From: Rhynchopus sp. YZ270_cl-10
Lineage: Eukaryota
Length of the DNA: 64,000 nt
Assembly (NCBI GenBank): GCA_964035575.1
Contig: OZ037842.1
Span: forward strand, 868,001 to 932,000
Direction of reading: 5' to 3'
Shown: one piece after another, positions 1-13,600 of the stretch
How positions within the stretch are numbered: the first letter of the stretch is position 1
Layout of the letters: each line of letters opens with the position of its first letter
Made by a program: the position numbers and the translations under genes
Notes under the pieces: model-generated
Told to the model about the DNA's origin: nothing
Database searches by the model: none
Seen by the model: only the letters and a program-made list of their open reading frames with translations

Positions 1-414
1 CCCAATATGGGAACACATTTCCGAAAAAAAAAAGATAAATGGTGCTCCGGGAGGGGTCGATATTGACAGGTAACCGACAGGTCGTTGACCGACTTCCGAA
101 AGCACCAATAAAGCATAAAGTTGAAAAAGCACAAATGCCTCCAGGGACATAAATACTATGTTCTCCGCAAAGCGGAGGAGGGGGGGAAACAGAGCAAAAA
201 TCTACATTTGCTTTTTACACTCAAAACTGGAAGATTCTAAAGGGATGGGTATTTTTTTTAATAACAAAAGGTCATCCACTTGGGCAGATAAACCTTTTCT
301 AATTTTTTGAAAAAGCCTTGCGGAAAGCAATTGGTTTGTTTTTTTTGGCATTTTTTTTTATTGGAAAAAGTCTAAACTCTAGTTCCTTTTTTCTTTTTGG
401 TCCCTCCCAACATT

Positions 415-699
415 TTAAATACAGCTGTCAGCAGAGATCGGCAGAGGTGGAGCTTGCTCTGGGGAATGTCTGCCTTCTGCGGCGTGGTGCTCATCTGGCT
501 GGGTCTCCTCATCTTCTTCTGCCGAAGGAGCGCGGGAGCCCATCTCCATAGCATCGATGGCCGCAATGTCGTCCCACGAAGCACCTGTAGACCCCTTATG
601 CGTGATCTTGTACGCCACGAAGACAGCACCAATGATAGCAAACATCAAGACCGCTCCTGCAACGCAGTACTGCCAGATGGGGAGATCGGTGACATCCAT
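415..699 (-). CDS. Small single-pass membrane protein (94 aa), hypothetical
   Basis: ATG at 699 within ORF 415..795; hydrophobic run CVAGAVLMFAIIGAVFVAY followed by an acidic tail; GC-rich island between A/T-rich flanks. Confidence 0.6.
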   Translation of the reverse strand: MDVTDLPIWQYCVAGAVLMFAIIGAVFVAYKITHKGSTGASWDDIAAIDAMEMGSRAPSAEEDEETQPDEHHAAEGRHSPEQAPPLPISADSCI

Positions 700-1537
700 G
701 TTGGAGGTGTAGTTATTAGGGGGAGGGAAAGAATAAATCTGGAGTTGAAATATCACAAAAAAAATAAAACCTTGAAAACACAACAGCCCGCTCACGACAG
801 TGTACCGGGGTGGACACCCAACTATGCAGTCCTACATCCATTTTGAGGTTCGCATCTCAAAAAAAATGGTAGTTGGAAGTGCAAACACTTGTATAGACGA
901 CCCGGAAAGCAACTCCTGTAGCAACAGTACTGTGTGGACGGTGCTGTTGCTTCAATTACTCCCTTTTGGGAATAAAGGTGGGCTCGGTTTTCTACCCATT
1001 CGAAGTGAGAGCTTTGCGTTTGTCTTTGCTGAGTGCAATCTCCCCTTTTCTCTTTTGCGCTCAGGAAGCGTTATCCGGACCATACTCCCGCGGTGAACAC
1101 TGTGGTTCAAAAGGCCCTCACTCCGTTGTCATACAACTGACAGTGAATGGACAGCTATTCGAAACGGACGACGTTCAGCGAGGTTTATACAGAGAGCGGC
1201 AGTGGGAATGAGACTGACGACAACACAGGAGGATAGTCACACCTCGGCTCTGAAGCTGACAAAGTAAAAAAGGTATGACCGAGGTATGGGACAAATGAGG
1301 AGGCTCCACAGTTGAGAGCATCTTGGATGCTCTTACGTTGAAGTGGGGGCTAAAAAAATAGGTTTCTTTCTTTTTATCTACGGTACAAAAAGTATTTCAA
1401 CATTGTCCATGGCTTCATAAATATATTGAATATCGTCAATATATTGATTTGGTGATGAATATTATTGATTGAATATTGAAAGTGTCAATAATATTGACTG
1501 AAAACTGTCAATATTTCAATAATATTGAAATATTGAG

Positions 1538-1661
1538 GAGGCACGGCACTTTTGTGGAATTTTGTGGAATTTTGTGGAATTTCAAAAACTCGACTTCTAC
1601 TTTTTCCCCTTATAAAAAATTCCACAAAATTCCACAAAATTCCACAAAAGTGCCGTGCCTC
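1538..1661. repeat. 124-bp foldback with TTTTGTGGAA x3 arms
   Basis: GAGGCACGGCAC(TTTTGTGGAA)3TTT ... AAA(TTCCACAAAA)3GTGCCGTGCCTC, ~45-bp perfect inverted arms. Confidence 0.9.
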
Positions 1662-1925
1662 TTTCAAGAAAAAAAAATTTTTTTTTCGACATCACAAAAT
1701 TTTTCCCACACAGGCTTCGCGCTAACTTTTGGAAAAAAATCTGAAAAATCGTGTTTCGGGACCAAAAAAACGCACCTCAAATAGTTGTGCGTCAGGGGGT
1801 GAAAAAACAGTGTTTTGTGGCATTTCCGAGCCAATCCCGCGCTGTGGTGGGGCATATTCGGGAAAATGGACAAAATTTTAGTGACTTAAATTTTCACAAA
1901 ATATGAACCCATACTCTTAAACAAG

Positions 1926-2490
1926 TGGGGTGGCCCGGGGGCACGGCGTTTTTTTTTTTCAAAAATAAAAAAAATAAAAAAAAAAAAATCACAAAAAATC
2001 ACAAAAAAAATAATAGTAAATTATCACGGCAATATAAAAAAAAATCACAAATAATCACAAAAAGTCACAAATAATCACGGCAGTCAAAAAAAAAATCACA
2101 AAAAATCACAAATGATCACCAAAAATCACAACAATAAAAAAAAAATCACAAATAATCACAAATAATCACAACAATCAAAAAAAAAATCACAAAAAATCAC
2201 AAATAATCACCAAAAATCACAACAATCAAAAAAATAATCACAAAAAGTCACAAAATAATCACGGCAATAAAAAAAAAATCACCAAAAATCACCAAAAATC
2301 ACAAATAATCACCAAAAATCACAACAATCAAAAAAAAAATCACAAAAAGTCACAAATAATCACGACAGTAAAAAAAAAATCACAAATAATCACAAATAAT
2401 CACAAGATTTTTTGTGATTCTGTTGCGACCTCTTGTGATTTTCTCCTAAAAAAAAGAACACAATTTCAGCCGCGCCCACGGGCCACCCCA
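1926..2490. mobile_element. TG...CA TIR element with 5-bp TSD, filled with degenerate AATCAC satellite
   Basis: TIR TGGGGTGGCCCG(G/T)GGGC(A/G)CGGC; ACAAG duplicated at 1921-1925 and 2491-2495; an empty-site paralogue is visible at ~2884-2926. Confidence 0.85.
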
Positions 2491-5070
2491 ACAAGGGGCA
2501 TTTTCAGGTCTGAAAACCCAAATTCAGATGAAATTGTGGTGTTTTGACTGGGAACAGGTAGTGCCGCAGGCGCACGGTACCCAACTTTTTTCTTTTTATT
2601 TTTCCCTTTTTTCTGCTTTCTTTTGATTGCACGAGCCGATTGCTCTCCACGGTGGGGTCACATGTGTGCGCAAAAACACTCTAAAGTACTCTTACTCTGA
2701 ACGATGAGATTCCTCTGGTTTTAGTAAGGAACCCCCTGTTTGCAAAAAGTGCGTAAATTTCCTGTGGCTTTTTCCCGCCAAGAGGTCGTTTTGTTGCATT
2801 TCCGAACCAATCCCGGATTGTGGTGGGGGATGTACGGAAAAATGGACAAAAATGCAGCGACTTAAAATTTGACAAAACATGAGCCCATACTCGTAAACAA
2901 GGGTTATTTTCAGGTCTGAAAACCCAACGTACTGAAGAGCTATCGGTAATGTAGTGATGGCGGTGGGGTTTCAGTGACCACAGAGAAGAGTGAGAAAACC
3001 CAGGACGGTTATGGCCTCGGAGGGGGTGTGCCCCATGGCGTCCTAATCAATCTTTATCCGTGAGGGAGGGGGGATCATCCTCAGGGGGGATGTGGTGCCG
3101 TACTCAAAATAAAATGAACTGTACATAAGTACATCATGTTTAAACATAAAGGAGGGTAGGAACAGGTAGCGCCGCAGGCACACGGTACCCAACTTTTTTC
3201 TTTTTTTCTTTTCCCTCTTCTCTGCTTTCTTTTGATCGCGCGAGCCGATTGCTCTCCACGGTGGGGTCACATGTGTGTGTGAAAACACTCTAAAGTACCC
3301 TTACTATGAAATATGAGATTCTCTGGTTTTCTTAAGGAACCCCCGGTTTGCAAAAAAAAAACGCACCACAAAAATATCCAAAAATCCCGGGACAAAGGAC
3401 AGAAGTTAGCGCAAAGCCTGTTCCCACAAAAAAAATTTTTTTTTTTTTGCACATGTCTGCACCAAAAATGCAAATAAAGCCAGAATTTTGATGTTTTGAG
3501 CATCTAGAATTTATTCCACGGCTATTTTGTGTATAAAATACCCACCCTGTACAGTTTGTATGGGCCAGCGCCTTGTCAAAAAAAATCTCAAAAAAAAAAA
3601 ATTTTTTTTTTTTTTTCACAAGTGTTTTTGAGGCCTGCTCACTACACCCTAGGTACCCTTCTGAGACCAAAAAGTCAAAAAAAGCATGAATTGGGCTGTT
3701 TTGAGCATCTAGAGTTTATTCCCCAGCCATTTTCTGTACCACCAGTGCACTTTGTATGGGCCAGCGCCTTGTCAAAAAATCGAAAAATCTCAAAAAAAAA
3801 AATTTTTTTTTCGGGAAAATTTCGACCACTGAGGTGGGTCTTTGGGCACCAAAAAATGCAAAAAAAATGCAAAAATCGGGTGTTTTGACCATCTGTGGTT
3901 ACACAAAACACACTTCTGTGTACAAGCCTACACCAATACAAGGCGATTTTTGACCAAAAAAAAATATTTTTTTTCGCCCAAAATCGGGCGTGGTACGTCA
4001 TAAAATGGCCCAAAAAATCCAAGGAAAACCTTCGATTGGGCAAATTATGAAAAAAATTTTCAAGTCAAATTTTCAACCAAAATACGGTCATTTTGTTCAC
4101 ACAGTGATTCTACGTCATGCTAGCTTCCTGTGCAGAACTCCAGCAATTCACCAATGCCGGCATCTATCTTTCCATTATCGCCATTGCACTTCGTGTGTTA
4201 CCAACGTGCTCAAGAAATGGCGTGCTGTCACACTCCAACCAGAGTATCGAACCCGTACGTACATAACGGAGATCCACGAGCCCACCCAAAGGCGGAGGGT
4301 CTAGCCGAAGGCGGACGAGCTAGCCCAATCCGGACGAGCGAGCCTCAATCTAGACGAGCGAGCCTCATAAAGCACACCAGCTCCAATCTGACGGGGAACT
4401 TCGAGCCTCTAAGCCCAGAGAAAGAACCTGGCCACCGGAGGGCCCTAACGGCCCGACGAGGAGGCGCCCCATAGGGCGCTGGGGCCAAGGGACTTAAGTC
4501 GCCCTAACGCTTCGCTAAGTACCTGGAAAAATCCCTAAGGAAAAAAGTGGAAAAAAAGTGTCTCAAAATTGACATCTATTTTTTGACCTTTTTGCTGGGT
4601 AGGTTTGGGTCGGTCCGACCTGACCCTACTGAGTCGGTTTAAGTCGGATTGGTAGCCTTGTCCCCTATCATCTCCCCTCTTCCCCCTTTTAATACAAGGG
4701 CAGTCTCGTGACTATGTAACCTACAAAACCACCATTTAAGCACCTCAGTATCATACCCCATCTAAGCACCCTCAACCCTCATCCACACAGATTCGCCTCC
4801 TTAAACCTGCAAACCTGCAAACCTTCTAACACCTCAGAGGGCAAGGCCCGCAAACCCTTATTCCAATGGAAGAATTTTTCAAAAATTCTCTATACTTCCT
4901 ATGACTGGACCCAACTCCCCTCACTATTTTTCCCTAAAAAAACGCAAAAAACGCCCAAAAAATTCTGCCAAAAATATCAAAAATATCAAAAATGCGCATT
5001 TTTGCCGTGCCTCCTGATCATATTATTGAATATTGACGTTGCAGTGCCTGCTTTTTCCTTGACGGGAGGC

Positions 5071-5307
5071 CATAGCTGAGAATAAGACTTGGGGACCCGC
5101 GACCCGGTTATTCTCAGTGGGACTGGGCACAATATGTCGAAAATGCTGTGAAAACGCCTGAAAGCGGGTCAGGGACCCGGGCGCGGGAGGGTGGGGCATG
5201 GATGGAGGGGTATTCCCAGTCCCTAGGACTGGGACTGTACCCAGTGCCCAGTACCCGTCCTAGTTCTAGTCCTGGGACAGTACCCGGGACCCGGCTTATT
5301 CTCAGCT
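5071..5307. mobile_element. Short copy of the CA(C/T)AGC(A/T)GAGAATAAG MITE family, right end damaged
   Basis: AGCTGAGAATAAG...CTTATTCTCAGCT; 5090-5170 matches the reverse complement of ~28690-28765; no intact TSD. Confidence 0.7.
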
Positions 5308-6984
5308 CCCTTCCAGCCACAGAGTGGAGAGGCAAAGGGTCAAAATTTTCTGTTGAAGCCATGTGCGCAACATTTCAAAGATTGTGCCATAAATCGCACA
5401 TTATCACAGCCAAACTATATCATAGATAGGGTAGAGCTGCGGGCTACCGCTCGTAATTCCTAAACACTTGTGTTTAGGTTTTTAAGGTTGCTGCCCTCCC
5501 AGTACCCTCCTGGTGCACTCACCCGAAAATGCACCAAAGTGTAAGATTTTTTCGGCATTGGAAATATTGGGCCTCAAAAATGCGGATCACCAAATCAGAT
5601 CTGTGAGAGATTTGTATTTAATTCCTATTTTCGTGTCGCGAGTTTACGTGGGAAATGCTTTAGAAACGTGCGTTCCTTAAGTACCCTATGGGCAAAACAG
5701 GCGTTTTTCACCGAAAACCGGGATTTTCGCCTTTTTGGGTGGTTTTTTGGGCCCATACCCGGCTATATGGACTGGGAAACGCGATTCTGGGGTGCTAAAA
5801 CCAGGTCTAGGCCGCACGGGGGTACTTCTGTGGGCAAAAACAACCCACAAAACCATGCACTGCGTTGTGTTCTGTGACCATTCAGGTGTTTTAGCTAGTG
5901 TACGAGGCGTTGCGATCGATTTGGTTTCGTTCTCGCTCATCAACCACACGAGCTAGCAAAAAAATATTTAGGATTCGCAAAACCAAATTTTGTCCGCGCC
6001 GCAGGCGCACGGTGCGCTACTTTTTTATGAGAGTTGCGAACATACATTTGAAAAATCCATCCATCCACATGTCTTTTTTTATGAGAGGATCAGTGAGTAA
6101 ATAGTTCCGCTTATGGGCCCAGGAGGCTTCCCCTGGTCAGGGGTGGGGTTTGCTGCTTGGAGAGGAGGTTGTTCTGGGTACAGAACGAGAAAAAAGAGTA
6201 GTTGAAACGTGCTAAAACGCAGTCGAGCTCATGCAAAGGGTAGGAGGTGGGTGTTCCGTACCGTAAGAGAACGGAGGCGGTTCACAACCGCTCGACGAAT
6301 CACGCGACCTCTTTATACCCCAGCCTTTTTAACAGCCAAAAAAACTCTATGATTTTGCACGTGTTACCGTGGGACTCTAAGGGCAATCATGGCTCAGTTC
6401 GTAAACGCGCACGTGCCATTCAATGCCATCGCGGGGGAGCGACTTGCCTTGTGGCATCAGATGGCTCCTTAGTGGGGGGATCTACGCGGACAGTGAGAGG
6501 GGGTGGGTGGGGAACAGCATTCTCTACCTGGCTTCTGAAGAAGGGTGTCTTCCCTTGGGGCTACCGCGAAGTGCAATGCGGACTCGAGAAGTCATGTGGA
6601 ATTTTGACATAGTTGGTATCACACAAGTCGCCATATTTTTTGCATTTTTTGGTCCGAAGTTCAATTACCAGTCCTGGAAATTGGGGCAATTTTTTTGTGC
6701 CTCAACTCGGGCATGTTTTTATGTGTGGTGCACGAGTTGTGTGAGGTTGGAAGATGCAGAACCAGTTTCCAAGGGGCGCAAGACCATTGTGTGAAGGAAA
6801 GTGTCAATATATTGATCAATATTTGCAAATATTGAAGGGGAAATTTACACGGTAAAAGCGTCAATATATTGAAAATTTCCTACGTGATATTGATCAATAT
6901 ATTGATATTGAAAAAAACGTGAAAAAAAATATTGAATATATTTATGAAGCCATGATTGTCGAACAAAAAATAATACAGTGGCCT

Positions 6985-7356
6985 TTAGATAAAGGAGACC
7001 TCAGGGTCTGGGGGCCGTTGTGGTGATGTGGTTGCGGTGAAGACGGGCTTCGTAGGGGAGGAGAAGACGTTTGCCGTGTGGGTTGCGTTTGTGAGCTGCT
7101 GTGTTTGGTGCATAAGCGCGTCGCGGAGGAGAAGCACTTCCTCTTCCTTCCCTGTCAGGCGTGACTGCAACGCAGCGATCGTCGCATCACGCTCCGCCAG
7201 CAGCACCAACGCCGCACGCAGCTGCCCACCTACACTAGCAGGCACTTCAACCCCATTTTCCCCAAACGGACCAAACATATCCAAACTCAACACATCTCTA
7301 TCATCCACCCCTCCAACAGGCGGAGACACATGCTTACGATGCAAAGTGCTATCCAT
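6985..7356 (-). CDS. Small coiled-coil protein (123 aa), hypothetical
   Basis: ATG-initiated ORF; heptad segment LAERDATIAALQSRLTGKEEEVLLLRDAL; coding-like composition. Confidence 0.55.
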   Translation of the reverse strand: MDSTLHRKHVSPPVGGVDDRDVLSLDMFGPFGENGVEVPASVGGQLRAALVLLAERDATIAALQSRLTGKEEEVLLLRDALMHQTQQLTNATHTANVFSSPTKPVFTATTSPQRPPDPEVSFI

Positions 7357-9071
7357 TTAAAAAATGGAAAAAAGAAGGTAAAATAAAACCCTAAGCCTCT
7401 GAGAAAGAAAAGGGAGGAGGAGGAAACCGAAGTCCCACCTTGGATGTATATGGAAAGAAAAGGAAGGGAAAGGAAACGGGAACCAAATGTGGTGTTTGTA
7501 ATGGGGTGAGGGGGGAATAGACCTTTAGTTGTCTACCTTTCAGGGCATAGCAGGGTTCTTGGGTGTGGTTCTGGATTGGTGGTTGTGGTGGTGGGTATTT
7601 GAACAATAAGAAGAAAAAGTTAGTCATCTTGATCACATTCGTCATCGCACAACGCATCGAGAAAAATGAGTGGGGAAGCATCAGTCATTGAAGGGTGTAT
7701 TTCCCTTGCGGTGAACCGCGAAGCGCAATGCGGACTAGAAAGGTCATTTACATCTCACCCCAGCTCTCCCGTGTGCAATAAGCTGGCCTGACTCCAAGAA
7801 CAAAAAAATGATTTGCCTTTTTTTTAGTCAAAAAAAATACAACCTCGTGGGGGTGAATCTCGTGCTTGAAAGGGTGTGTGGGGAGAGTGAATGAGGTAGG
7901 GAGGAATAGGGTTTTAATGGAGTGGACTGGTTAAAGCAATGACCTGTCACAACTGCGAGGGTGGGGGGGGATGTATGTTGCACGTCAAAGGGGGGTGGGA
8001 AGTGGGAATGCAAAATTGTGCAAACGCAGTAAATTGAGATACATTCTTACTGGGTTCTCATATTCTTTCTTAGTGAGGAAAAAAAAAGGCAAAACCCCAT
8101 TTCCCAGAAAACGGTCCTGAGGACCTACCAGACATGACAACAAACATTATCAGTAAAAATGGTAGTCACCTAAGAGAAATGGTGATCAAAAAGCGAATTA
8201 TTTACTCACTGTGTTCCAAAACGTGAGCACCAAGGGGGGCATGGGCATGACAGGACTGGAGGGGCACCCCAAGTGAGCAATGACGTACCTCTATGTCTGC
8301 AAGGACGAAGGTAGGCTATATGCACAATAGCTATTTCCCTCCCTCCCGCCAGAGCCCGAGGGATCCCTTGAGGGAATCCCGAGGGCCAGGGAGGGAGGGA
8401 TGTAGCTTTGTGACCCGACGAGGTCGTTTTCGACCCGAACTGCCTGCAAACAAGCGCTTTTGTGGTGTTTTGTGTACAAACACGTAGCTTTTTCGGCCCA
8501 CATGGGTACCATCGTTTGTGGCGCACGGACGCCCAAAAGCATGCGAATACGCTTTTCGAGTCGCAGAAACCAGGTTGTGGGCCGTTTTAAAAAGTTTTTG
8601 GCCGGTTACAGTCACCAAAACGCACATTCTCTCGCGGGAATTTTTGGTGCTCTCAAGGGAATCCTCTTAGCTCTCAAGGGAATCCCTTGAGAGCTAAGAG
8701 CCTTGAGACCTCTGGAGGGTTACAAATGACCTGCTGCACGACACACCACAGCTGCCTTCATACCAAAAAACCCCAGAGCAGCGAAGTGCACGGGATATCT
8801 CAGTGAGGGGAGGGAGAGAGAGAGAACGGCTGTTCTGCCAAAAAAAAAAAAAAAAAAAAAAGTGCGAAATATTGAAAATTTGGAAACGTACAGCGACCAC
8901 ACTAATCTGTATGATCACACAGTGTTTCTTTTTTTTGAGAAGGAGAAAAAACGCTCTAGAACTGCGTTTTGTTTACGATTTTCGATAATAAGGGGGAGGT
9001 TGTGATGGGGGGGGTGTGTGTGTAAAGAGTTAGGAGAGAAGGCGGCAGAGGCTAAAAAAAAAGAAAGGTTG

Positions 9072-10622
9072 AAAGATGGATACCTCACGTGCATACACAT
9101 CTTTTAGAAAAAAAAGATCATTGGATGACCCTAAGCCTCTTGTCTCGTGCTTAGTTCACCTTAAATAAAGAAAACTTAATATTTTTTGGAACAGTGCAGT
9201 TGCCACCTGTGCAAACTCCACTTTCCCTGCTGTCGAAATTTGGACAAGATGAATGTGTCTCTCGTGCACGCATTTCTTTTAAAAATAAAACTCAAAAAAA
9301 AGAGGCAAAAACTTATAACAATTCTGGGTGACCCCAAGATGTGAAGGCAATTACTCTGAGAGATTGCCAGAAAAAGGCGTGCATTAATGCACAAAGCAAA
9401 GGTGATACAAAGAACAACGGTTCTCAAAAACTGATAAAGAGAGCTTGAAAGGTGGATATGTCTTATGCGCACATACATCTTTCTAGGCAAAAGGGGGGCA
9501 ACTGTGCTGACAATAACAGAGAAAATATTATGAGATGAACCTAAGCCTCTCGTGCTTAGTCAGACAAAATGGCAAAATATCTCTTCTCTGAGTAAAATTA
9601 AATCTGCATCGTGCCCGACACGCTCTAAAGAGTTCCAAGGATCGAGAGGGGTGTTTGTATTATTTTGTTTTGTTTGTTGCTGTCCTTTAACAGATCCAGC
9701 TCTTCACCCAACCCTTAGCAATCAATTCGAACGTGCCCAGAACACATAACAATACATCTCATCAGATGCTTGCCTTGCAGGAAAAAAAAATCAGCACAAC
9801 ACAAAAAAAAATAACAGAAGCGCTGTGACCAGGATAGGGGGAAGGGAATAGGGAAGCGAGAAAACGTTGGTTGAAAAATTTGACAAAAAAAAATCTAGTT
9901 AAGAACGGGGAGAGAGAATGTGTGGGTGTGTGTGACAATTATTTACGTTGCGTAAGCTTAAAAATACAGGGGGGTGCGTGGGGGGAGAGAAAAAATGTGC
10001 CATTTATATCTCTTTGCTATGTTCGTGGGCAGTGCAGGACACCAGAACGGGGTTGGTGGTTGCTGGACCCATCTCACCTCTACTTGGTGAGCACAGCTTT
10101 TTTGGGTACAAATGGACACCTTTAAAAAATGGTTTGATAGATTTAACAACGGGGTTTGTGGGAAGGGGAGCGATGAGGGAGGGAGAGAGGGAGGGAGGGC
10201 AAAGAAAGCCCAATGGGTGTGTGTTCACTTCATGGGTGATCGAGTGTTTGAAAAGGTGCGAAACACATAGCTACTAATGCAGCACCTCATTGAACTCTTT
10301 CGGCACAAAAAAAAAAAAATGGTATACAAAAATTGTAACAAAATATCTATTAAAAAAGGGGGTTGAAAGATGAATGTCTCATGTACATACACATCTAAAA
10401 AAGGCCGGTTGGAAGTGTGAACACCTTTACGGATGCAGGCACGATAGAAGAAAGCACAAAGATGAATGTGCCTCATATCTGAAAAACGTATGCCAAAGAT
10501 ACCTAAAATCTACAAAGAAAGTGAAGTTGAAACAAAAGAAAGAAAAGAAAAGAAAACCTGCAAGGATGGATGTGCCTCTCGTGCACACATCTTGGAAAAG
10601 TTGGTAAGACGAACCTCAGCCA
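9072..10622 (-). repeat. Cluster of ACGAGAG-loop hairpin elements (types A and B) downstream of the kinesin gene
   Basis: Copies at ~9072, 9124, 9246, 9449, 9532, 10366, 10459, 10563 and 10602 of AAGATGAATGTGCCTCTCGTGCACACATCT or AGATGAACCTAAGCCTCTCGTGCTTAGTCACCT (+ strand text). Confidence 0.75.
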
Positions 10623-10687
10623 CCTACAAAGTGACAAATGCTTGTGACGGACACCTGCAAGTCTATTACAAAAAGAGGTTTCATTTT

Positions 10688-13600
10688 TTACATGATCACG
10701 CAGTCCTTCTTCTTGCCCCCGGCGTCCGCTGTCATAGAGACTGTCATATTGTCGTCATCTGTCTCGTAGCTGGAGGTTTCGCTTTCCTGTGATGCGAGGA
10801 AGTCTTCTCTGACGGGGGACTGGCTGACAAATCCTACTAGGGGTGTGCGCGGCACGGCCCTGGGCAGGGGTGGGAGCCCTGGTCCTGCCATTGTGTTGGA
10901 CGAGTCTCTGGCCCTAGGGCTGCTGGACTCAGACCCGCCACTGCCACTGCGCTCCGCACCAGGCGCACTGTGCCTTGCAATGCCGCGTGCCAGGTTGCGT
11001 GCGTCGCCAAGACCTGCAGTAGGCGACCTGTCCTCCTCCTTCTCCATCGTCGCCAAAGACTGTGTCAAGATACGCCAGTTCCCAGGAGTGCTCGAACGCC
11101 CCCTCGGAGTCCCAGCAGGCGCAGGCGTCGCAAGGCCGAACGGAGGGGGAGCCGCCCTCGGTGTGTTGCACCGTCCACGCGACTCGCCCCTCGGCGTCGA
11201 CAGTGCAAGGCTAATATCCGGAAAAGACTTCTTCGCAAGAGCACGCCCCAGCAAACCCGGCATCGGAGCCTCGATGTCCTCTAAGTTGCGTGCGAACCTG
11301 AAGAACGTAATAAGCGACTCCAAAGCAGCCTCGCGTTGCGGTGTGTGCTCCACATCGGCACACATGTTCTGGAAGGTGCCCTTCACGTCAAGCACAACGT
11401 TGAGCTGCATGAGAATGCCTTCATGTCTGCGCAGGCACGACGCCAACGCCTTCTCAAGCTTCACCATCACGTTGTCGTACTCACGCTGCTCAAACTGCAG
11501 GTAGAGGCAGTTGTGTGCCTGTCTCGTCATGTTCATGTCCTGCACGGCAGACTCCTTGAACTGGATGAAGCGCCGCTCCAGAAGGCTGCGCAACGTGTCA
11601 GCTTGAGCGGAGAGCTCAGCAGGCGTGAGCCCTGATGTGGGGACAGGCACGGCCAAGGTGTCAAGGGCGGCGAAGTCATCGCGCAAGGCAAGTCTCTCCT
11701 CGGCACTGTCGATCTGCTCGGAGGCCTGGAAGAGCTGCTTCTTCAGACGTAAGTTCTCCTTCTCGAGCTTTGCGTTGGTTGCCGTGACGTCGATGTGGAC
11801 GTCTGCGTAGCCTGCAACGTACTGCAGCAGCATCTGGCGTTGTGTCTCCTGCGCCTGCGACTTGCGCACCTGCCATTTGAGGTCCTTCCTGACGCGGCTG
11901 TACTTGCGCATGACAGCGCCCCTGGACGTCGACGTCGCACTAGACTTATGTGGGGACACGAACGACGGTGCAACCGGCTTCTGTTTGAAAGGGGACATGA
12001 TCTGGCTCTCTTGCACCCTCAAAAGCTTCGTACGCTGAACCTGCATCTTACGGCGGTGCTGCACCTCCTTGCTGAAGAGCACCCACTTCCTGAACGCTTT
12101 CGACCGGAGGCAGGATGCAACCGTGAACAGAGCTGCGCCAATAAGTGGGATGAGCTGGCTGCGCTGGGTCGACGCAGCGGTGACGAAGCTTGTGCACGTG
12201 TCTGCGTAGCATGAGTTGGAGAGCGATTTGTTATCGCCGTTCGTTGCGACTGACGCACCGTCGGCACTGGAGGATCTGCTGCGCGACTGCTCCATAGCCA
12301 CGTAGCTGTCCCTCTCGCGTTCGATTGCTTGGTACGACTCGTGCAATGATTTGTACTCCACGTGAAGTTCTGACAGTTCTGCTTCAGCTGATTCCAGCTT
12401 GCTTTTGCATGTCGTCAGTGAGCTGGCCTGTGCCTGCAGGAGTGCCGTCTTTTCATTTTTGTGCAGATCTGCACTGCGCTGTGCTTCAACAGCATGCTGG
12501 CCACGTAGACGCTCGAGTGCCCCCTCGAGTTCGTTCACTTTGGAGAGATGCGTGTCGCTGGTCTGCTTCAACGACTCGGTCTCTTCTTGCTGTGCGCGCT
12601 CGCGTCTGTCCAACTCTGCTGCATGCACGTCGTTCTGTTTCTGCAGATCAGCAACACAGCTCTCAAGCGCGCTTGCCTGCGACACGAGTGTGCTGTTGTC
12701 GTCTTGTAACTTCGACACTTCTTCGCGAATGATCGTAATGTCTTGCGAGGCTTGCTTTTGGATCTTTGCGACTTCCTCTTCGTGGGATAAGGTCAACTCC
12801 TTCAGACAGGCTGCGTGCTCATTGATCTGCTTCTGCATCTGCTCGCCCGCCTGGGACGTGACACGAACAGCCTGCTGTGTTGCTTCTGCCTTTGCCTCTG
12901 CCAACGAGGCAGTGACCTCTGCCAGCTGCTTCGCGTGCACGGCTGCACATTCATCTCTTGTGGCCTGCACCTGCGCCTGCACCGTAGCTGACATGGTTTC
13001 CTTCTGGGCAGCCTCTTGCTCCATGAGCAGCACCTTCTCGTCCTTGGACACCTGCAGTGCCTCCTCCAGTTGCGCTGTTGCTGCAGTGTGCACAACGTTG
13101 TCGCTCAGGAGTGCTGACACTCTGCCTTCCAGCTCGTCGACACGGTTCTGTGTGTCCTTCTCGCTTGTCTTTGAGCACTCAAGGTCGGCCCTCAGCACTT
13201 CGATGGTCTCCGCCTGGGAAGTGGTTTGCAGTGTGAGCTGCGCCACGTTCTCCTCTGCTGCCGCAAGGTGGGTACGCTCCGTCTCGCTTGCATCGGCGTG
13301 GGAGCGCTCTGTTACTGCGATGTGCGCTTTGTGGTGTTCTGCTTCTGCAAGGGCGACGTTCAGTGCTTCTGTTTTGTTCACGAGTTCGGTTTGGAGAGTG
13401 TCGCATTCCTTCTGCACCAGCTGCACTGCAGACGCGTGCTCCTCCACCAAGCGACCCACCTCTGCGGCACTGCACTCCTTCGCAGCGTCCACAGCTGCCG
13501 TCAGTGCTGAAGCAGAGGCCACCACTGCCGCATCCTGCTTCGCAACCATCGCCACCAACGCACGCTCCTTCTCCTCAAGCACGGCTTCGTGGCTGGCCAC

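Larger units (their letters stand above)
1537..5014. mobile_element. PIF/Harbinger-like non-autonomous element nested in 1408..6954
   Basis: TIR GGAGGCACGGCA/TGCCGTGCCTCC; 3-bp TSD TGA at 1534-1536 and 5015-5017; interrupts the host element's AATATTGA array; internal direct repeats (~2550-2750 vs ~3160-3350; ~3490-3610 vs ~3700-3810). Confidence 0.75.
1408..6954. mobile_element. Composite non-autonomous TIR element with 6-bp TSD, carrying nested insertions
   Basis: Termini CATGGCTTCATAAATATATT...AATATATTTATGAAGCCATG; ATTGTC duplicated at 1402-1407 and 6955-6960; AATATTGA subterminal repeats at both ends. Confidence 0.85.
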
